Part shown: positions 8,787 through 18,231 of the stretch, one piece after another
Position numbering within the stretch: position 1 is the first letter of the stretch
Layout of the letters: each line of letters begins with the position of its first letter
Virus record (IMG/VR): IMGVR_UViG_3300021426_000001
Reading direction: 5' to 3' (one strand)
Length of the DNA: 64,000 bases
From: a virus
Taxonomy: Duplodnaviria; Caudoviricetes
Position numbers and translations under genes: made by a program
The notes under the pieces: model-generated
What the model was told of the DNA's origin: nothing
Seen by the model: only the letters and a program-made list of their open reading frames with translations
The model's database searches: none

Positions 8787-9689
8787 TTACCAGTCTCTGC
8801 TGTGTTCGCTGCTCTCTTCGCCTTTCGCAAGGTCAGCTTCGATCTGTGAAAGGATCTTTGGTGGTACCCAGTCCTTAGAGACTAGCTTAGCCATGTCCTC
8901 TACATCATATCTGATCCTCTTTCCTGCTAGAAGATCTGCTCCTCCAATGATTCCAAATGACTTCTGGAGAGTAGCGAGATCTTTGTAGCCGATATAGCTA
9001 GGAGCGGCTCCCTCTGCAGTAATCTTCACGTAGTATGGCTGATTTATTCGCTTCAGACGCTCTCTGCGAGCCTTTCTTCTTGCTCTTCTAGCTTCTATCT
9101 GCTCAGGAGTCAGCACGGCCTCGGAAAGGAGAGGCCATGAGATAGCAGATTCATCTAGATCAGACTCCCATGGCTCGTCTTCTGGCTGTACATACTTGAT
9201 CTTAGCGTCATCGAGAGTCTTCAGAGCGTCAGAGATGTTCATCTTGCTTGCGTATTCTGGATGCTTAGCTACGTTTCTGCCCTTGAGAACTTCATAGACG
9301 TAGTAGCAGTCAGCAACAGTAGATTGCTTCTTGCTCTTTCGCCATGAAGTGTCGAGAAAGTCAGTCTCTTCTGTGTTGTCTCTCTTCCAGTCAAGACCCT
9401 CCTCCTTGATGACTTGCTTGATCTTCTTAGCAAACCATGCCCTTATCTCCTCATCCTTCATCCAGCAGAATTGGTTGTTTGGATACGAATCTCGGTAGAG
9501 GTCCTTAGATATGTGTAGAACTACTTCCCCATTCTCAAACTTAGCTTCGAAATATGGCCAATAGCCTCTAGCAGATCGGCTGTTCTCCCACATACCGTCA
9601 GACAGCTGACCTTTCACCCCATTTAGAATGTCGCACTCTTGCTGTGTCTTCAAGCCAGTCTTGATGACTCTATAATCTACATCTCTCAT
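8787..9689 (-). CDS. hypothetical, possibly head-internal/processed protein
   Basis: Start ATG 9689 after GAGG; GQLSDGMWEN; internal MNISDALKTLDDAKIKY and TPEQIEARRARRKARR resemble ORF 4260-4718. Confidence 0.7.
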   Translation of the reverse strand: MRDVDYRVIKTGLKTQQECDILNGVKGQLSDGMWENSRSARGYWPYFEAKFENGEVVLHISKDLYRDSYPNNQFCWMKDEEIRAWFAKKIKQVIKEEGLDWKRDNTEETDFLDTSWRKSKKQSTVADCYYVYEVLKGRNVAKHPEYASKMNISDALKTLDDAKIKYVQPEDEPWESDLDESAISWPLLSEAVLTPEQIEARRARRKARRERLKRINQPYYVKITAEGAAPSYIGYKDLATLQKSFGIIGGADLLAGKRIRYDVEDMAKLVSKDWVPPKILSQIEADLAKGEESSEHSRDW

Positions 9690-9691
9690 TG

Positions 9692-10603
9692 TTACCTCTT
9701 CATAAATTCCAGCAGCTCTTTGCGAACTGAGTCGTAGTACTTGTCCCAGATCTCGATCACTTCCTGAACAGTCTTGTCGTCCACTTTGTCCATCTTGATC
9801 TTTGACGGATGTGAAGGAGAAGCTCTGAACACGTTCTCCTTTCCGATGTTGGCGCAGCACTCGTAGTAGTTGGATAGACCAGATCTTGCGACCCACTCAT
9901 CTAGAATGTACTCTAGCCAGCCAACAGCAGTCTTATTTCCAGAGTCAGTGTTTGGAGTGTCCATTCCAGTGTTGAACTGGAGAATCTTGAAGTTGTCGTG
10001 ACCAGAGTTCTTCAATCCAGACTCTAGAACCATTATCGGATCGTTAGCCCACATGCCGCCATCGCAGTATGAGTTCTTTCCGTCCATGATGACGTCGAAG
10101 TATGTCGGAGCTGCACAGCTAGTCAAGATAGCGAACCACTTCTCTACGTCCCCGTCTCCGAGGTCCCAGACCTTTTCGACGCTCTTTCCGTTCATGTGAG
10201 TCGTCGGAATGTAGATGGGCTTCTCCCAGTCTCTGATGTAGCCGCCGAACTTGCCTCTCAGTGCGCTTCTAGCGTCTCTGATGATTCCGATGAACTCTCG
10301 CTTCAGGATCTTCTTCAGATTAGAGTTGTCGTATGTCGGGCACTTTAGATTGAGTCTCTTGTACCACGAGTACTTGTCAAAAATCTTCTTCAGGTTTCCC
10401 TTGTAGAGATCCATGAGCTCCTGAGCAGACTTTCCCTCAGCGAGACCAGCAGCGATGATAGATCCAGTCGAAGTTCCGCCGTATGCGAAAGACACGTCAC
10501 ACAGCTTCTTTCCGAGATCTGACTCAAGTCTGCACATGAACTGAAGCGGGCCTACCCCGAGCATGCCTCCGCCATTGATCGAAATTCCCAATTTCTTACT
10601 CAT
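9692..10603 (-). CDS. patatin-like phospholipase
   Basis: GGGMLG oxyanion loop, GTSTG nucleophile, AAPTYF, DGG..AN.P; start ATG 10603. Confidence 0.92.
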   Translation of the reverse strand: MSKKLGISINGGGMLGVGPLQFMCRLESDLGKKLCDVSFAYGGTSTGSIIAAGLAEGKSAQELMDLYKGNLKKIFDKYSWYKRLNLKCPTYDNSNLKKILKREFIGIIRDARSALRGKFGGYIRDWEKPIYIPTTHMNGKSVEKVWDLGDGDVEKWFAILTSCAAPTYFDVIMDGKNSYCDGGMWANDPIMVLESGLKNSGHDNFKILQFNTGMDTPNTDSGNKTAVGWLEYILDEWVARSGLSNYYECCANIGKENVFRASPSHPSKIKMDKVDDKTVQEVIEIWDKYYDSVRKELLEFMKR

Positions 10604-10700
10604 TATCTTCCTCTCTTTTGCTACCTCTGATAGCTTTGACTGCACAAACGACTGCTAGTACGATGTACAGAATGAACATGATTCCCAGAATCCACAGCAT
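10596..10700 (-). CDS. 34-aa single-TM peptide (absent from ORF track)
   Basis: MLWILGIMFILYIVLAVVCAVKAIRGSKREEDNE; start overlaps endolysin stop, end overlaps patatin start. Confidence 0.65.
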   Translation of the reverse strand: MLWILGIMFILYIVLAVVCAVKAIRGSKREEDNE

Positions 10701-11251
10701 CACTTCAGCGCCCTGTAAGTCTTTCCGTTGTCAGTGCTCATCAGGAACTTCTTTCTCTTGATGGCGCTGGCTATGTTGGTTGCGAAGCTGAATATGAGCT
10801 CAGGATCATTTCCGAGATGGATCCACTCGTTTCCAGTCTTCGGGTTCTTCTCGTAGATCACCTGACCGAATGAGACGTGATCATGCTCGACTGAGTCCTT
10901 GATGAGAAGAGCGATCTCTCTCATGCTCAGCTTGCAGTTCGAGACTACTATGTCTGCTGCGCCGAGTGTCGGAAGTCCGTTTGGCTGGAGTCCGCACAGA
11001 TGATCTGAGTTCTCAGACGGATTGTAGCCCTGCTTCTTCAATCTCGCTATGTCAGCTTTAGTTCTGACTCCAGAAGTGATCGTGATGGTCACTGGCTTAT
11101 TTCCGGACTTGTGATCCTGAAGAAGATCTCTGACGAGCTGCAGCTCTCCAGCTAGAACTCGGAGAAGTTCGACCTGATAGTCATTCACTTGCTTCGGATC
11201 ACAGAATTCCGATAGCTTGAAGTTTTCTGTAAGTTTTATGTCTTTTGCCAT
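10700..11251 (-). CDS. peptidase M15-family endolysin
   Basis: LTENFKLSEF, ITSGVR, S.H...AADI, WIHL zinc-peptidase motifs. Confidence 0.85.
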   Translation of the reverse strand: MAKDIKLTENFKLSEFCDPKQVNDYQVELLRVLAGELQLVRDLLQDHKSGNKPVTITITSGVRTKADIARLKKQGYNPSENSDHLCGLQPNGLPTLGAADIVVSNCKLSMREIALLIKDSVEHDHVSFGQVIYEKNPKTGNEWIHLGNDPELIFSFATNIASAIKRKKFLMSTDNGKTYRALK

Positions 11252-11270
11252 TTTTAGTTAGTCCTCTTAG

Positions 11271-12155
11271 TTAGTCCCTCTCATAGAGGATTCCGCACTT
11301 GTCCAGAATCTCTAGCGCTTCGCTGACTCCAACGCCTGGAAAGTTCTTGTAGATGAATGAGCGTGCGTAAGCGTAGTATTTTCCGAAAGCAGCCTTTCCC
11401 TCTGGTGAGTCTAGAAGAGCTCTGATCTTCTTGATCGTCTCTGGATCAGCGACAGAGTCAGTGAGTCCAGTAGCTTTGACCTTCTTCTGAATAGCCCAGA
11501 ATGCGAAGACGAGCTTCTTAGCGTCTGATCCGACTTCGACTGGCTCTGCTGGTGTCTCGATGCCGTAGAACTTGTTGAATGCAGCCTTGCTCAGAACACG
11601 ACCCAGGAAGTCTCTAACCTTCGGATTGTCCTTGATGATCATGTCGTAAGTGAGCTTCTGTCCCTCTCTCTTGAAGTCTGACACGTCGCCAGAGTACATC
11701 TCTTCTGGAATCTGGAAGAGAATCTCCATGTCCCTGCCGTGAGGGTGATTCATCTCTCTGTCGTTGACGATAGAATCTTGATCTGGACCAGAGACGACGC
11801 CGAATCCGTCATATAGCTTCCATGTCGAGTCTGGACGGATCTCGCCCTGAGGAACTTCGAGGATCTTGAAGTAGATCGTTCCGTCCTCTCTCCTGCTCTC
11901 AAAGGCGCTTCCGCACTTGTTCAGAACAGTCAGATCAGGCATCTTAGCGAGCTTGTCAAGGAATTTCTTGACTGCTGGAACGACCCTCTTGCTGCTCATA
12001 TTGTGAACATCGACAGCAGAGCAGTAGGAGTCTGCATCTACGGATCCGCTTACGTGATCTCCGCGATTGCCTCTGTGCCAGCCGCTTCCGTATGATGAAT
12101 GGTGATAATAGTTGAAGCGTCCCGCTTCATTCAAATTGTCGAACATGCTTTCCAT
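11271..12155 (-). CDS. late hypothetical protein, probable head-internal protein
   Basis: Late promoter abuts ATG; N-terminal LNE; C-terminal VSEALEILDKCGILYE motif. Confidence 0.7.
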   Translation of the reverse strand: MESMFDNLNEAGRFNYYHHSSYGSGWHRGNRGDHVSGSVDADSYCSAVDVHNMSSKRVVPAVKKFLDKLAKMPDLTVLNKCGSAFESRREDGTIYFKILEVPQGEIRPDSTWKLYDGFGVVSGPDQDSIVNDREMNHPHGRDMEILFQIPEEMYSGDVSDFKREGQKLTYDMIIKDNPKVRDFLGRVLSKAAFNKFYGIETPAEPVEVGSDAKKLVFAFWAIQKKVKATGLTDSVADPETIKKIRALLDSPEGKAAFGKYYAYARSFIYKNFPGVGVSEALEILDKCGILYERD

Positions 12156-12159
12156 GTGT

Positions 12160-12167
12160 TATTTATA
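12160..12167 (-). promoter_or_regulatory. late promoter, 4 nt from ATG (leaderless)
   Basis: TATAAATA ACAC ATG. Confidence 0.75.
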
Positions 12168-12205
12168 CACAAAGATGGCGCTGATTTTACTCAGCGCCAA
12201 GGATT

Positions 12206-12649
12206 TTAGTGCAGAAGTTCTAGAGTTAGAGAGATTATCGAATATGCTAGAATAGCTAGCAGAGCTGCTGAGCATAGACCGACGAAGGTGCCAGCAGACT
12301 GATAGTACCACCAGTACTCGAACTTGCATCTAGCGTTCCAGATAGACTTCTTGATTGAAGCTTTGATCTGAGCTCCGTCATACTTCAGCTTTAGACACAG
12401 CAGAGTGATCACGAGTGATGTCGCTATAGCGTAGTTGAAGTATTGAGGCCATTGCCAGAACCCCTGCTGGATGTTCGTATAGAGGATGTAAGAGGCGCTC
12501 GTCAGGTTCCCCAATAGGGAAAGTAGGACGAACAGCAAGCTGATGTCTCCAGTGCTCTTACGCTTCTTTACGCGCAGGATTTGAGGAAGGGTGCATAGTG
12601 CGAAAGACGCTGCACCTATGAATCCGAGGATAGTGAAGAATATTGTCAT
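12206..12649 (-). CDS. PQ-loop / SemiSWEET-like membrane transporter
   Basis: LPQILRV.KRKSTGDIS motif, three TM helices plus C-terminal TM. Confidence 0.8.
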   Translation of the reverse strand: MTIFFTILGFIGAASFALCTLPQILRVKKRKSTGDISLLFVLLSLLGNLTSASYILYTNIQQGFWQWPQYFNYAIATSLVITLLCLKLKYDGAQIKASIKKSIWNARCKFEYWWYYQSAGTFVGLCSAALLAILAYSIISLTLELLH

Positions 12650-12654
12650 ACTTC

Positions 12655-13266
12655 CTATTTATCGGACTTTTCGCTCTGCTCTTCGAAGTAGCTTCCGAGC
12701 CCCTTAATCTTAGCAGCCCAATAGCCGCAGGTCTTGAACTCGGGACAGCTGTGAAGATACTCGCACTGAGGAACTAGCACATCTTCGAACTCTGGGTTCG
12801 TCTTTAGAACAGCCATCTTGATCATCTTCATGATCTTCTGGCAGTTCTTAGAAGCCATGTGACAGAGTCTCTTTCTCGCCATGAACATGAGCTCTTGAGC
12901 GTTCACTACCATGACGTGGGAGACTAGATGTCCCTGCGGCTCCTGGTAGCGGTCGAACTTGTCCTGACGGTCATTTCTCTGCGACTGAACGAAGTGTTCA
13001 ACGCCGAGCTTGTGACGGCAGAAGCACACAGAGTCGCAGTACGGGATCTGCATGCGGATGATGAACTGAAGATAGCGAATCGGAGAGTGCTCCGACTTCA
13101 GATACTTCTTCTTCATCTCGAGTGACGGCTCCTTAGAGTCCTTCTCGTCGTAGATCTTTCCAATTGTGTTCTGCGCTAGAAAGCGTACCCAAGCCCAGTC
13201 GATAGATGTCGGGTACTTGAGCACTTCTACGCAGATTCCTTGAACTCCCTCGGGTCCACAGATCAT
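12655..13266 (-). CDS. thyX: FAD-dependent thymidylate synthase
   Basis: EHSPIR, RHKLGVEHFVQSQR (RHRx7SxR-like), N...L....RLC, C-terminal Cys cluster. Confidence 0.8.
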   Translation of the reverse strand: MICGPEGVQGICVEVLKYPTSIDWAWVRFLAQNTIGKIYDEKDSKEPSLEMKKKYLKSEHSPIRYLQFIIRMQIPYCDSVCFCRHKLGVEHFVQSQRNDRQDKFDRYQEPQGHLVSHVMVVNAQELMFMARKRLCHMASKNCQKIMKMIKMAVLKTNPEFEDVLVPQCEYLHSCPEFKTCGYWAAKIKGLGSYFEEQSEKSDK

Positions 13267-13430
13267 CTTCCAAGCTCCTTCTTCAGTTGCGCTATCTCGT
13301 TCTCCAAGTTCATGATCTTGGAGTTGAGTTGGCTGTTGATGCGGAGAAGCGCACTATTGTCGGCGACGATCTGATTGATGTAGTTGCCGATGTTGTAGAG
13401 CGCATCTCTAGCTTCATCAGGATTGTTCAT
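13263..13430 (-). CDS. 55-aa coiled-coil protein (absent from ORF track)
   Basis: Hand-translated MNNPDEARDALYNIGNYINQIVADNSALLRINSQLNSKIMNLENEIAQLKKELGR; coupled on both sides. Confidence 0.65.
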   Translation of the reverse strand: MNNPDEARDALYNIGNYINQIVADNSALLRINSQLNSKIMNLENEIAQLKKELGR

Positions 13431-13861
13431 TAGTTGACTCCAGTGCTTCCAAATCCGCCGCGATCAGACTGATCAGACAGATCATCTTCGACGAACTCGA
13501 TCTCTGGCTGGCGCTCGATGATTCTGAACTGGCAGATTCTCGCACCTTTCTTGATTTCGATGTCCGTAGGACCCGGGTTGAAGGCTGGGAACTTCCACTC
13601 GTCATTTGGACCGGAGTAGGAGTTGTCCACTACGCCGACCGAGTTCGTCTGAAGGATCTTGAAGTTCTTGAAGGTGGAGGATCTCGGAGCGAGATGAGCT
13701 TCATAGCCCTCTGGAAGCTTCATAGCCACGCCGAGAGGAATGAGCTTCATTCCACCAGCTGGAACGATTACGTCTTCATTAGCCTGAAGATCGATCCAGT
13801 CGCCGTTAGCGCGAACCTTGATCTTCTCTGCACCTGGAAAATACTTGATTCTGATTAGCAT
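13430..13861 (-). CDS. dut: trimeric dUTPase
   Basis: DWIDL, PRSS, GVVDNSYSG, RICQ, RGGFGSTG. Confidence 0.95.
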   Translation of the reverse strand: MLIRIKYFPGAEKIKVRANGDWIDLQANEDVIVPAGGMKLIPLGVAMKLPEGYEAHLAPRSSTFKNFKILQTNSVGVVDNSYSGPNDEWKFPAFNPGPTDIEIKKGARICQFRIIERQPEIEFVEDDLSDQSDRGGFGSTGVN

Positions 13862-14392
13862 TTAGTTTCCCTTTTTGCTTGTTACAAAAGTCTTCTTGGA
13901 GTCGTCAGCGTCCTCGCTCACGGCATAAGTGCGATATGAGACATTGCTGTCGAACTGAAGAGATACGCGGTTCACGTTCTTCGGCCAGTTTTCGAGACAC
14001 TTCTGAATCGCTTGAGCAAGAGATGTGAGCTGATCTGCTGTCAGAACAACGGTGAACGGCTCAAAGTTTTTCTTCTCTTCCTTCTTGCACTGCTCTACTG
14101 GAACGTTCGTGAAGAGCTTGAGGGAGAGCTTATTGAGAGCCTTTCTACGAGCGTCGAATGCTCGCTTTACTATGATCAAGTAGTCCTTTGCCTTTGCATA
14201 GTCAGAAAGGAACTTGTCGTTGATAGTAGCGTGCTTGCGAAGACCGTTGATGTGCTTTCTAGCCTTCTTGTATCTCTTCTTGTTAGTGAGGAAGGACTTG
14301 TAGACCTCTTCCCATCTAGCTCTGAACTTCTCTGGGATAGATGGCCAGATTTTTTCGATTGCCTTAGATTCAAGGATTGACTTACCTTTCAT
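13862..14392 (-). CDS. basic hypothetical protein
   Basis: ORF with AGGAG RBS. Confidence 0.7.
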   Translation of the reverse strand: MKGKSILESKAIEKIWPSIPEKFRARWEEVYKSFLTNKKRYKKARKHINGLRKHATINDKFLSDYAKAKDYLIIVKRAFDARRKALNKLSLKLFTNVPVEQCKKEEKKNFEPFTVVLTADQLTSLAQAIQKCLENWPKNVNRVSLQFDSNVSYRTYAVSEDADDSKKTFVTSKKGN

Positions 14393-14415
14393 GTCAATTC
14401 TCCTTTTGATTAAAT

Positions 14416-14682
14416 TTAGTTATTTTCGTCTGTCTGATCGTTCTCATCAATGCGGATCAGCAGCTTTTCAAAGTTAGCCAAGTCATCTTTGCGTGCTAGC
14501 GCAAGAGTGACCTCTCGCTCACGCTCCGTCAGTCCAAGCCACAGCGTCTGAATGTTGTCTGCGAACTTCGGACGATAGAATAGGTCTGAGCGGGTAGCCT
14601 TGTAGTATCTGTCTAGGAAGTCTCTTACGACTCCGAACATCTTCATCATTTTGGTTTCTCCTGCTTTCTTAGTGTTCAGCAT
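14416..14682 (-). CDS. hypothetical protein
   Basis: ORF; ATG 14682 after GAGGTGGAG. Confidence 0.65.
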   Translation of the reverse strand: MLNTKKAGETKMMKMFGVVRDFLDRYYKATRSDLFYRPKFADNIQTLWLGLTEREREVTLALARKDDLANFEKLLIRIDENDQTDENN

Positions 14683-14690
14683 CTCCACCT

Positions 14691-15584
14691 CTATTTATAT
14701 TTCTCCGGGTTGAAGATCACTTCGAGATTGCACTCTTCCGAAGACTTGTCGTAGACGAACTTCTTCTCCTGCATGATCTTCTTCAGAGCCGAGGTAGCTC
14801 TCGCTAGCGCTCTCGAACGCTTCTGTCTCATTCTCTCGCCAGACAGACCTCTCAGCTTGCCCATCTCGTCCTGAGTCATCCCGTAGAGGTAGGTCTCACG
14901 GATCATGTTGTAGTCATCTTCCGAGCAAGAAGCCTTCAAAATCTCGCCGAGCTTTCTATCCATGTCTTCGTCTACGACTCTCTTGTGTGAATCGCCGCAG
15001 TCGCACGCGATAGTGTCTCCCAGAGTGATGGCGACATCTTCCATGCTCGACGTCTGAGTGCCGTTCTTGACTTTGACGTCGAGCGAGAGTACTGGCGCAG
15101 TAGCCCTGAGGAAGTCCACAGACCTCTGCTCCGAGGTGTCGAGCAGATTCTCTTTGAACTTCTTCATCATCACGGACTTTCCGTACATCGGAACGTGAAC
15201 TGCGTCATTGCAGCGGTATATCTCCTCGTTCATCTTCTGAGTGATCCACCAGATAGCGTAAGAGGTGAAACGGCACTTCTTGCCTCCGACCCTCTTTTCT
15301 GGATCGTAGTCGGTAGCAGCTCTTATTATTCCGATCACGCCAGCCTGATAGAGGTCGGGAATCCCTTGGCCGTTCTTCTTCGCCTTCATCCTAGCGACAC
15401 TAAATATTAGACGGCTGTGGGACTGAATGAGCTTGTTTCTAGCGAGAAGTCTGATCATCGCTGGCTTACTCTCGTCTCTCATGATGTCGATCGTTACACG
15501 CTCCTCGCGTTCAGTCATCACTGGCGAGTCTTTGAGCGTGTTCTTCAAGTAGTCTAGGTTTTCGTAGAGATCAATGTCATTCAT
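14691..15584 (-). CDS. sigma-70 family RNA polymerase sigma factor
   Basis: Region 2 DLYQAGVIGIIRAATDYDPE..RFTSYAIWWI; region 4 MTQDEMG...GLSGERMRQ..SRAL. Confidence 0.9.
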   Translation of the reverse strand: MNDIDLYENLDYLKNTLKDSPVMTEREERVTIDIMRDESKPAMIRLLARNKLIQSHSRLIFSVARMKAKKNGQGIPDLYQAGVIGIIRAATDYDPEKRVGGKKCRFTSYAIWWITQKMNEEIYRCNDAVHVPMYGKSVMMKKFKENLLDTSEQRSVDFLRATAPVLSLDVKVKNGTQTSSMEDVAITLGDTIACDCGDSHKRVVDEDMDRKLGEILKASCSEDDYNMIRETYLYGMTQDEMGKLRGLSGERMRQKRSRALARATSALKKIMQEKKFVYDKSSEECNLEVIFNPEKYK

Positions 15585-15604
15585 AGCTTTCAGAGAAATA
15601 TAGG

Positions 15605-15814
15605 TTATTTGAGGAACATATCATATACTTTCATGAGACCATTCAGTACGCAGAATATTGCGACGAAGTATGCGATCGGGAATACTATTCCGTCCATGAA
15701 CCATTCGACGACCTGTTTGTGATACGCTACTATGATCATCTCACGTTCTACGTCGGTGAGCTCGTGATCTTCAGCGAGCAGTTTTTCATAGTCCAAGTTC
15801 ATTTTTGTCCTCAC
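15605..15814 (-). CDS. small membrane protein
   Basis: C-terminal TM segment; downstream of promoter 15867-15895. Confidence 0.55.
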   Translation of the reverse strand: MRTKMNLDYEKLLAEDHELTDVEREMIIVAYHKQVVEWFMDGIVFPIAYFVAIFCVLNGLMKVYDMFLK

Positions 15815-15866
15815 AGTTTAGTGTACAATTTTAGAAGAGAGCACCGGTGGCGCCCTCTTCATGGTA

Positions 15867-15895
15867 AACTTAGATTATGTTAGCAGAAATGTAAA
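15867..15895 (-). promoter_or_regulatory. early promoter variant
   Basis: TTTACA-N17-TAAGTT. Confidence 0.55.
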
Positions 15896-15925
15896 TAGAT
15901 AAGTCTTTATTTTTTCGTTACGAAG

Positions 15926-16264
15926 CTATTTGTCTCTCGAATTCTCAACTCTCTCGATTCTCTTGTCTAGGTTCAAAATATTCTCTCGTATAGCTGACAG
16001 ATTCTCGTTGATCTTTCCAAGGAGCTCCTGCAGTGTGTCCCATCTGTTGCTGAGCATGTCGACCTGCTTCTTCAACATCTCGATGTCTTTTCCCTGTAGG
16101 GCGAGCTTCACATCCAGCTCCTTCTTGTCGGTGTCTCGCTTCGTAGCGGTCTTTTCGCGCTGGCCGCTGATGATGTAGTAAACGAGAAGAACAAGCCCTA
16201 CACAGATTATCACAGCTGGAGAGTTTGTCTTTATAGCCTCTAGGAGTACTGGTTCCATGTTCAA
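15926..16264 (-). CDS. N-terminal TM plus coiled-coil protein, holin-like candidate
   Basis: One TM then heptad repeats; late promoter at 16291-16298. Confidence 0.55.
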   Translation of the reverse strand: MNMEPVLLEAIKTNSPAVIICVGLVLLVYYIISGQREKTATKRDTDKKELDVKLALQGKDIEMLKKQVDMLSNRWDTLQELLGKINENLSAIRENILNLDKRIERVENSRDK

Positions 16265-16290
16265 TCCTTCTTTTTATGTGCCCTACTTAT

Positions 16291-16298
16291 TATTTATA
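16291..16298 (-). promoter_or_regulatory. late promoter
   Basis: TATAAATA. Confidence 0.75.
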
Positions 16299-16368
16299 CA
16301 GAAAAATTTCTGTTACCTTTCAGATAACAGAAATGTAAAGAAGAAAGAAGTGTATCAACTGTATGCAG

Positions 16369-17016
16369 TTATGCGTCGTTAGCTGCTGTGAAGTCCTTCT
16401 CGCTCGGCTCAGCGTATTCGATAGCGTCAGCCGCGTCCATCATAGCTACGTACTTAGCGACTCTCTCCTCGGTCAAGAAGCTGTCGTATTCCATAGCCTG
16501 AATAGCGTGCTTAGCCTCTCGGAAGGATCCTGTCGTGAGAGCAGTTACTACTGGAGCTAGCTTAGCCATCAGCTCATCTGGAGTTATGTTGACGAACTCT
16601 GTGTATACCGTCTCTTCCTTGAACAGAGAGATGAACTCGCTTGCGACTTCGATGTTGTAGAGGACTTCGCCGGTGAGTCCATTTATCGACAATAGTCGAT
16701 TTAGATTGCTGTTGAATTCGTCGACATATCTGTCATAGGTCACTGGTTTTCCCAAGAAGTCTAGGACCTCATGTTCAGCGAAATTCTCTTTGGTGATCGG
16801 ATTCTCTACTGCCGTCTTTGTCCAGTACTCCCTATTGTTGTAGATGCATTTTCCATCGACGTACGTTATTCGTGATGCGTCCTTCATACAAAACTCCTGT
16901 AGGATTAGATAGTCTTTGATGTCAGCTTTTGCCTGCTCCATCATGATGTCGAGATTCTGCTTGTTAGGGCAGACAAAGTGAACTTTCTGATCTTCTTTGC
17001 CTATAGCGTATAGCAT
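16369..17016 (-). CDS. tail-fibre-associated protein (assembly chaperone candidate)
   Basis: Last gene of fibre operon; position only. Confidence 0.45.
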   Translation of the reverse strand: MLYAIGKEDQKVHFVCPNKQNLDIMMEQAKADIKDYLILQEFCMKDASRITYVDGKCIYNNREYWTKTAVENPITKENFAEHEVLDFLGKPVTYDRYVDEFNSNLNRLLSINGLTGEVLYNIEVASEFISLFKEETVYTEFVNITPDELMAKLAPVVTALTTGSFREAKHAIQAMEYDSFLTEERVAKYVAMMDAADAIEYAEPSEKDFTAANDA

Positions 17017-18230
17017 TAAAATACCTCATTTCCATTAAGTCGGAAGTATAACTTATCGCCGGTTGTTACTGAAACGTTGTTGAAGTCCTTTGCATAGTTA
17101 TCATTTACTTTTTCAGCATAGTTGGTTGCGGTATATGTGCTATCAGCAGTAAACTCAACATTATAGCCTTTAGCAATTTCCCACTGATTATTATTCCACG
17201 CAACAACAGCACGCTGGCTGATATTACCCCAAGTCTGAGCATTAGACTTGTAATAAATTCCCCAGTTTTCAGGATTGCTTGGCGGACTATCCATTGGTGT
17301 CATACTAGTAATATGATTTCTCGCCATGTTGGAAGAAAGCGTAAAAATCTTTTGCCTATTACCATTGAAAGCTACGTATGACTGATCCGAAGGATCAATG
17401 TTAAAGCCTCTATCCCAATAGTTAGTGTTCATGATGAACTCATCGCCTGGAGTATTTCCAACGATATAGAAGAGATATGCATAACGTGCTACGTCGTCAT
17501 TATAGTTTCCGATAGGCACATTACTAAATTCAGGATCAGTAAAAACGTGCTTTACTCTGCTCATATCTCGTTTGAGCAGATATGGATATGGGTTACCAGA
17601 ACCGCTCTCTGATGGGACCATCCCGTTCTCCATCTGATTCCCTCGCCAAATGAAATAGCCTACGCCTTTTTGGCAAATCTCGGAGAAAGTCTCAGCGGAT
17701 CCATAGCATTTGTGATTCCATGCGTCAGAAGAATAGACCCCATTTATGTTTGCGATCCCTGACCATAGTTTTTGTCTTCCAGTAAGACCAATGTACGTTG
17801 ATCCAGTCATTCCAGAGCCTTCGCCGTCACCGCTATAAGGCCCTTTAATGTTGATGTAATAGACATTGTCTTTAAACAACGTAACCGTTCCAAGACTTGT
17901 GAAGGTTTTCAGTGAACCTCCAAGATTGTAAACAGTGACGTTGAGTTGAACGCCATTTTCATCACGATACACTACACAGATTCCTACTTCATTCAGGATT
18001 CTCAATTTAGCGTGTGTATCTGACGAGTTGTTACCAGAAAAGAACTCGACGTCAGTAAGCACAATATCTTCAGTCGGAATAAATTCGAAGCACTCGTGAT
18101 GCAAAAACGCAGACTGTAGCTGCTTTACTACACGCGTCCATACAAGCTTGTTGCCTCGGTAGATCGAAGCAACTCGCTTATTGCCGAAGTACATGTCGGC
18201 TGGATTCTTTTGATGTATTACTATGCTCAT
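17016..18230 (-). CDS. receptor-binding/tip protein candidate
   Basis: N-terminal MYFGNKRVASIYRGNKLVW adaptor-like motif; Asn/Gly/Tyr-rich; AT-richer codons than flanks. Confidence 0.6.
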   Translation of the reverse strand: MSIVIHQKNPADMYFGNKRVASIYRGNKLVWTRVVKQLQSAFLHHECFEFIPTEDIVLTDVEFFSGNNSSDTHAKLRILNEVGICVVYRDENGVQLNVTVYNLGGSLKTFTSLGTVTLFKDNVYYINIKGPYSGDGEGSGMTGSTYIGLTGRQKLWSGIANINGVYSSDAWNHKCYGSAETFSEICQKGVGYFIWRGNQMENGMVPSESGSGNPYPYLLKRDMSRVKHVFTDPEFSNVPIGNYNDDVARYAYLFYIVGNTPGDEFIMNTNYWDRGFNIDPSDQSYVAFNGNRQKIFTLSSNMARNHITSMTPMDSPPSNPENWGIYYKSNAQTWGNISQRAVVAWNNNQWEIAKGYNVEFTADSTYTATNYAEKVNDNYAKDFNNVSVTTGDKLYFRLNGNEVF

Positions 18231-18231
18231 C

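Noticed and set aside
14692-14699. TATAAATA late promoter
   Set aside because: Formed by the last codons and stop of the sigma gene; the downstream gene has its own SD and appears co-transcribed
17016-18230. Diversity-generating retroelement target
   Set aside because: No reverse transcriptase and no template/variable repeat pair seen in the window
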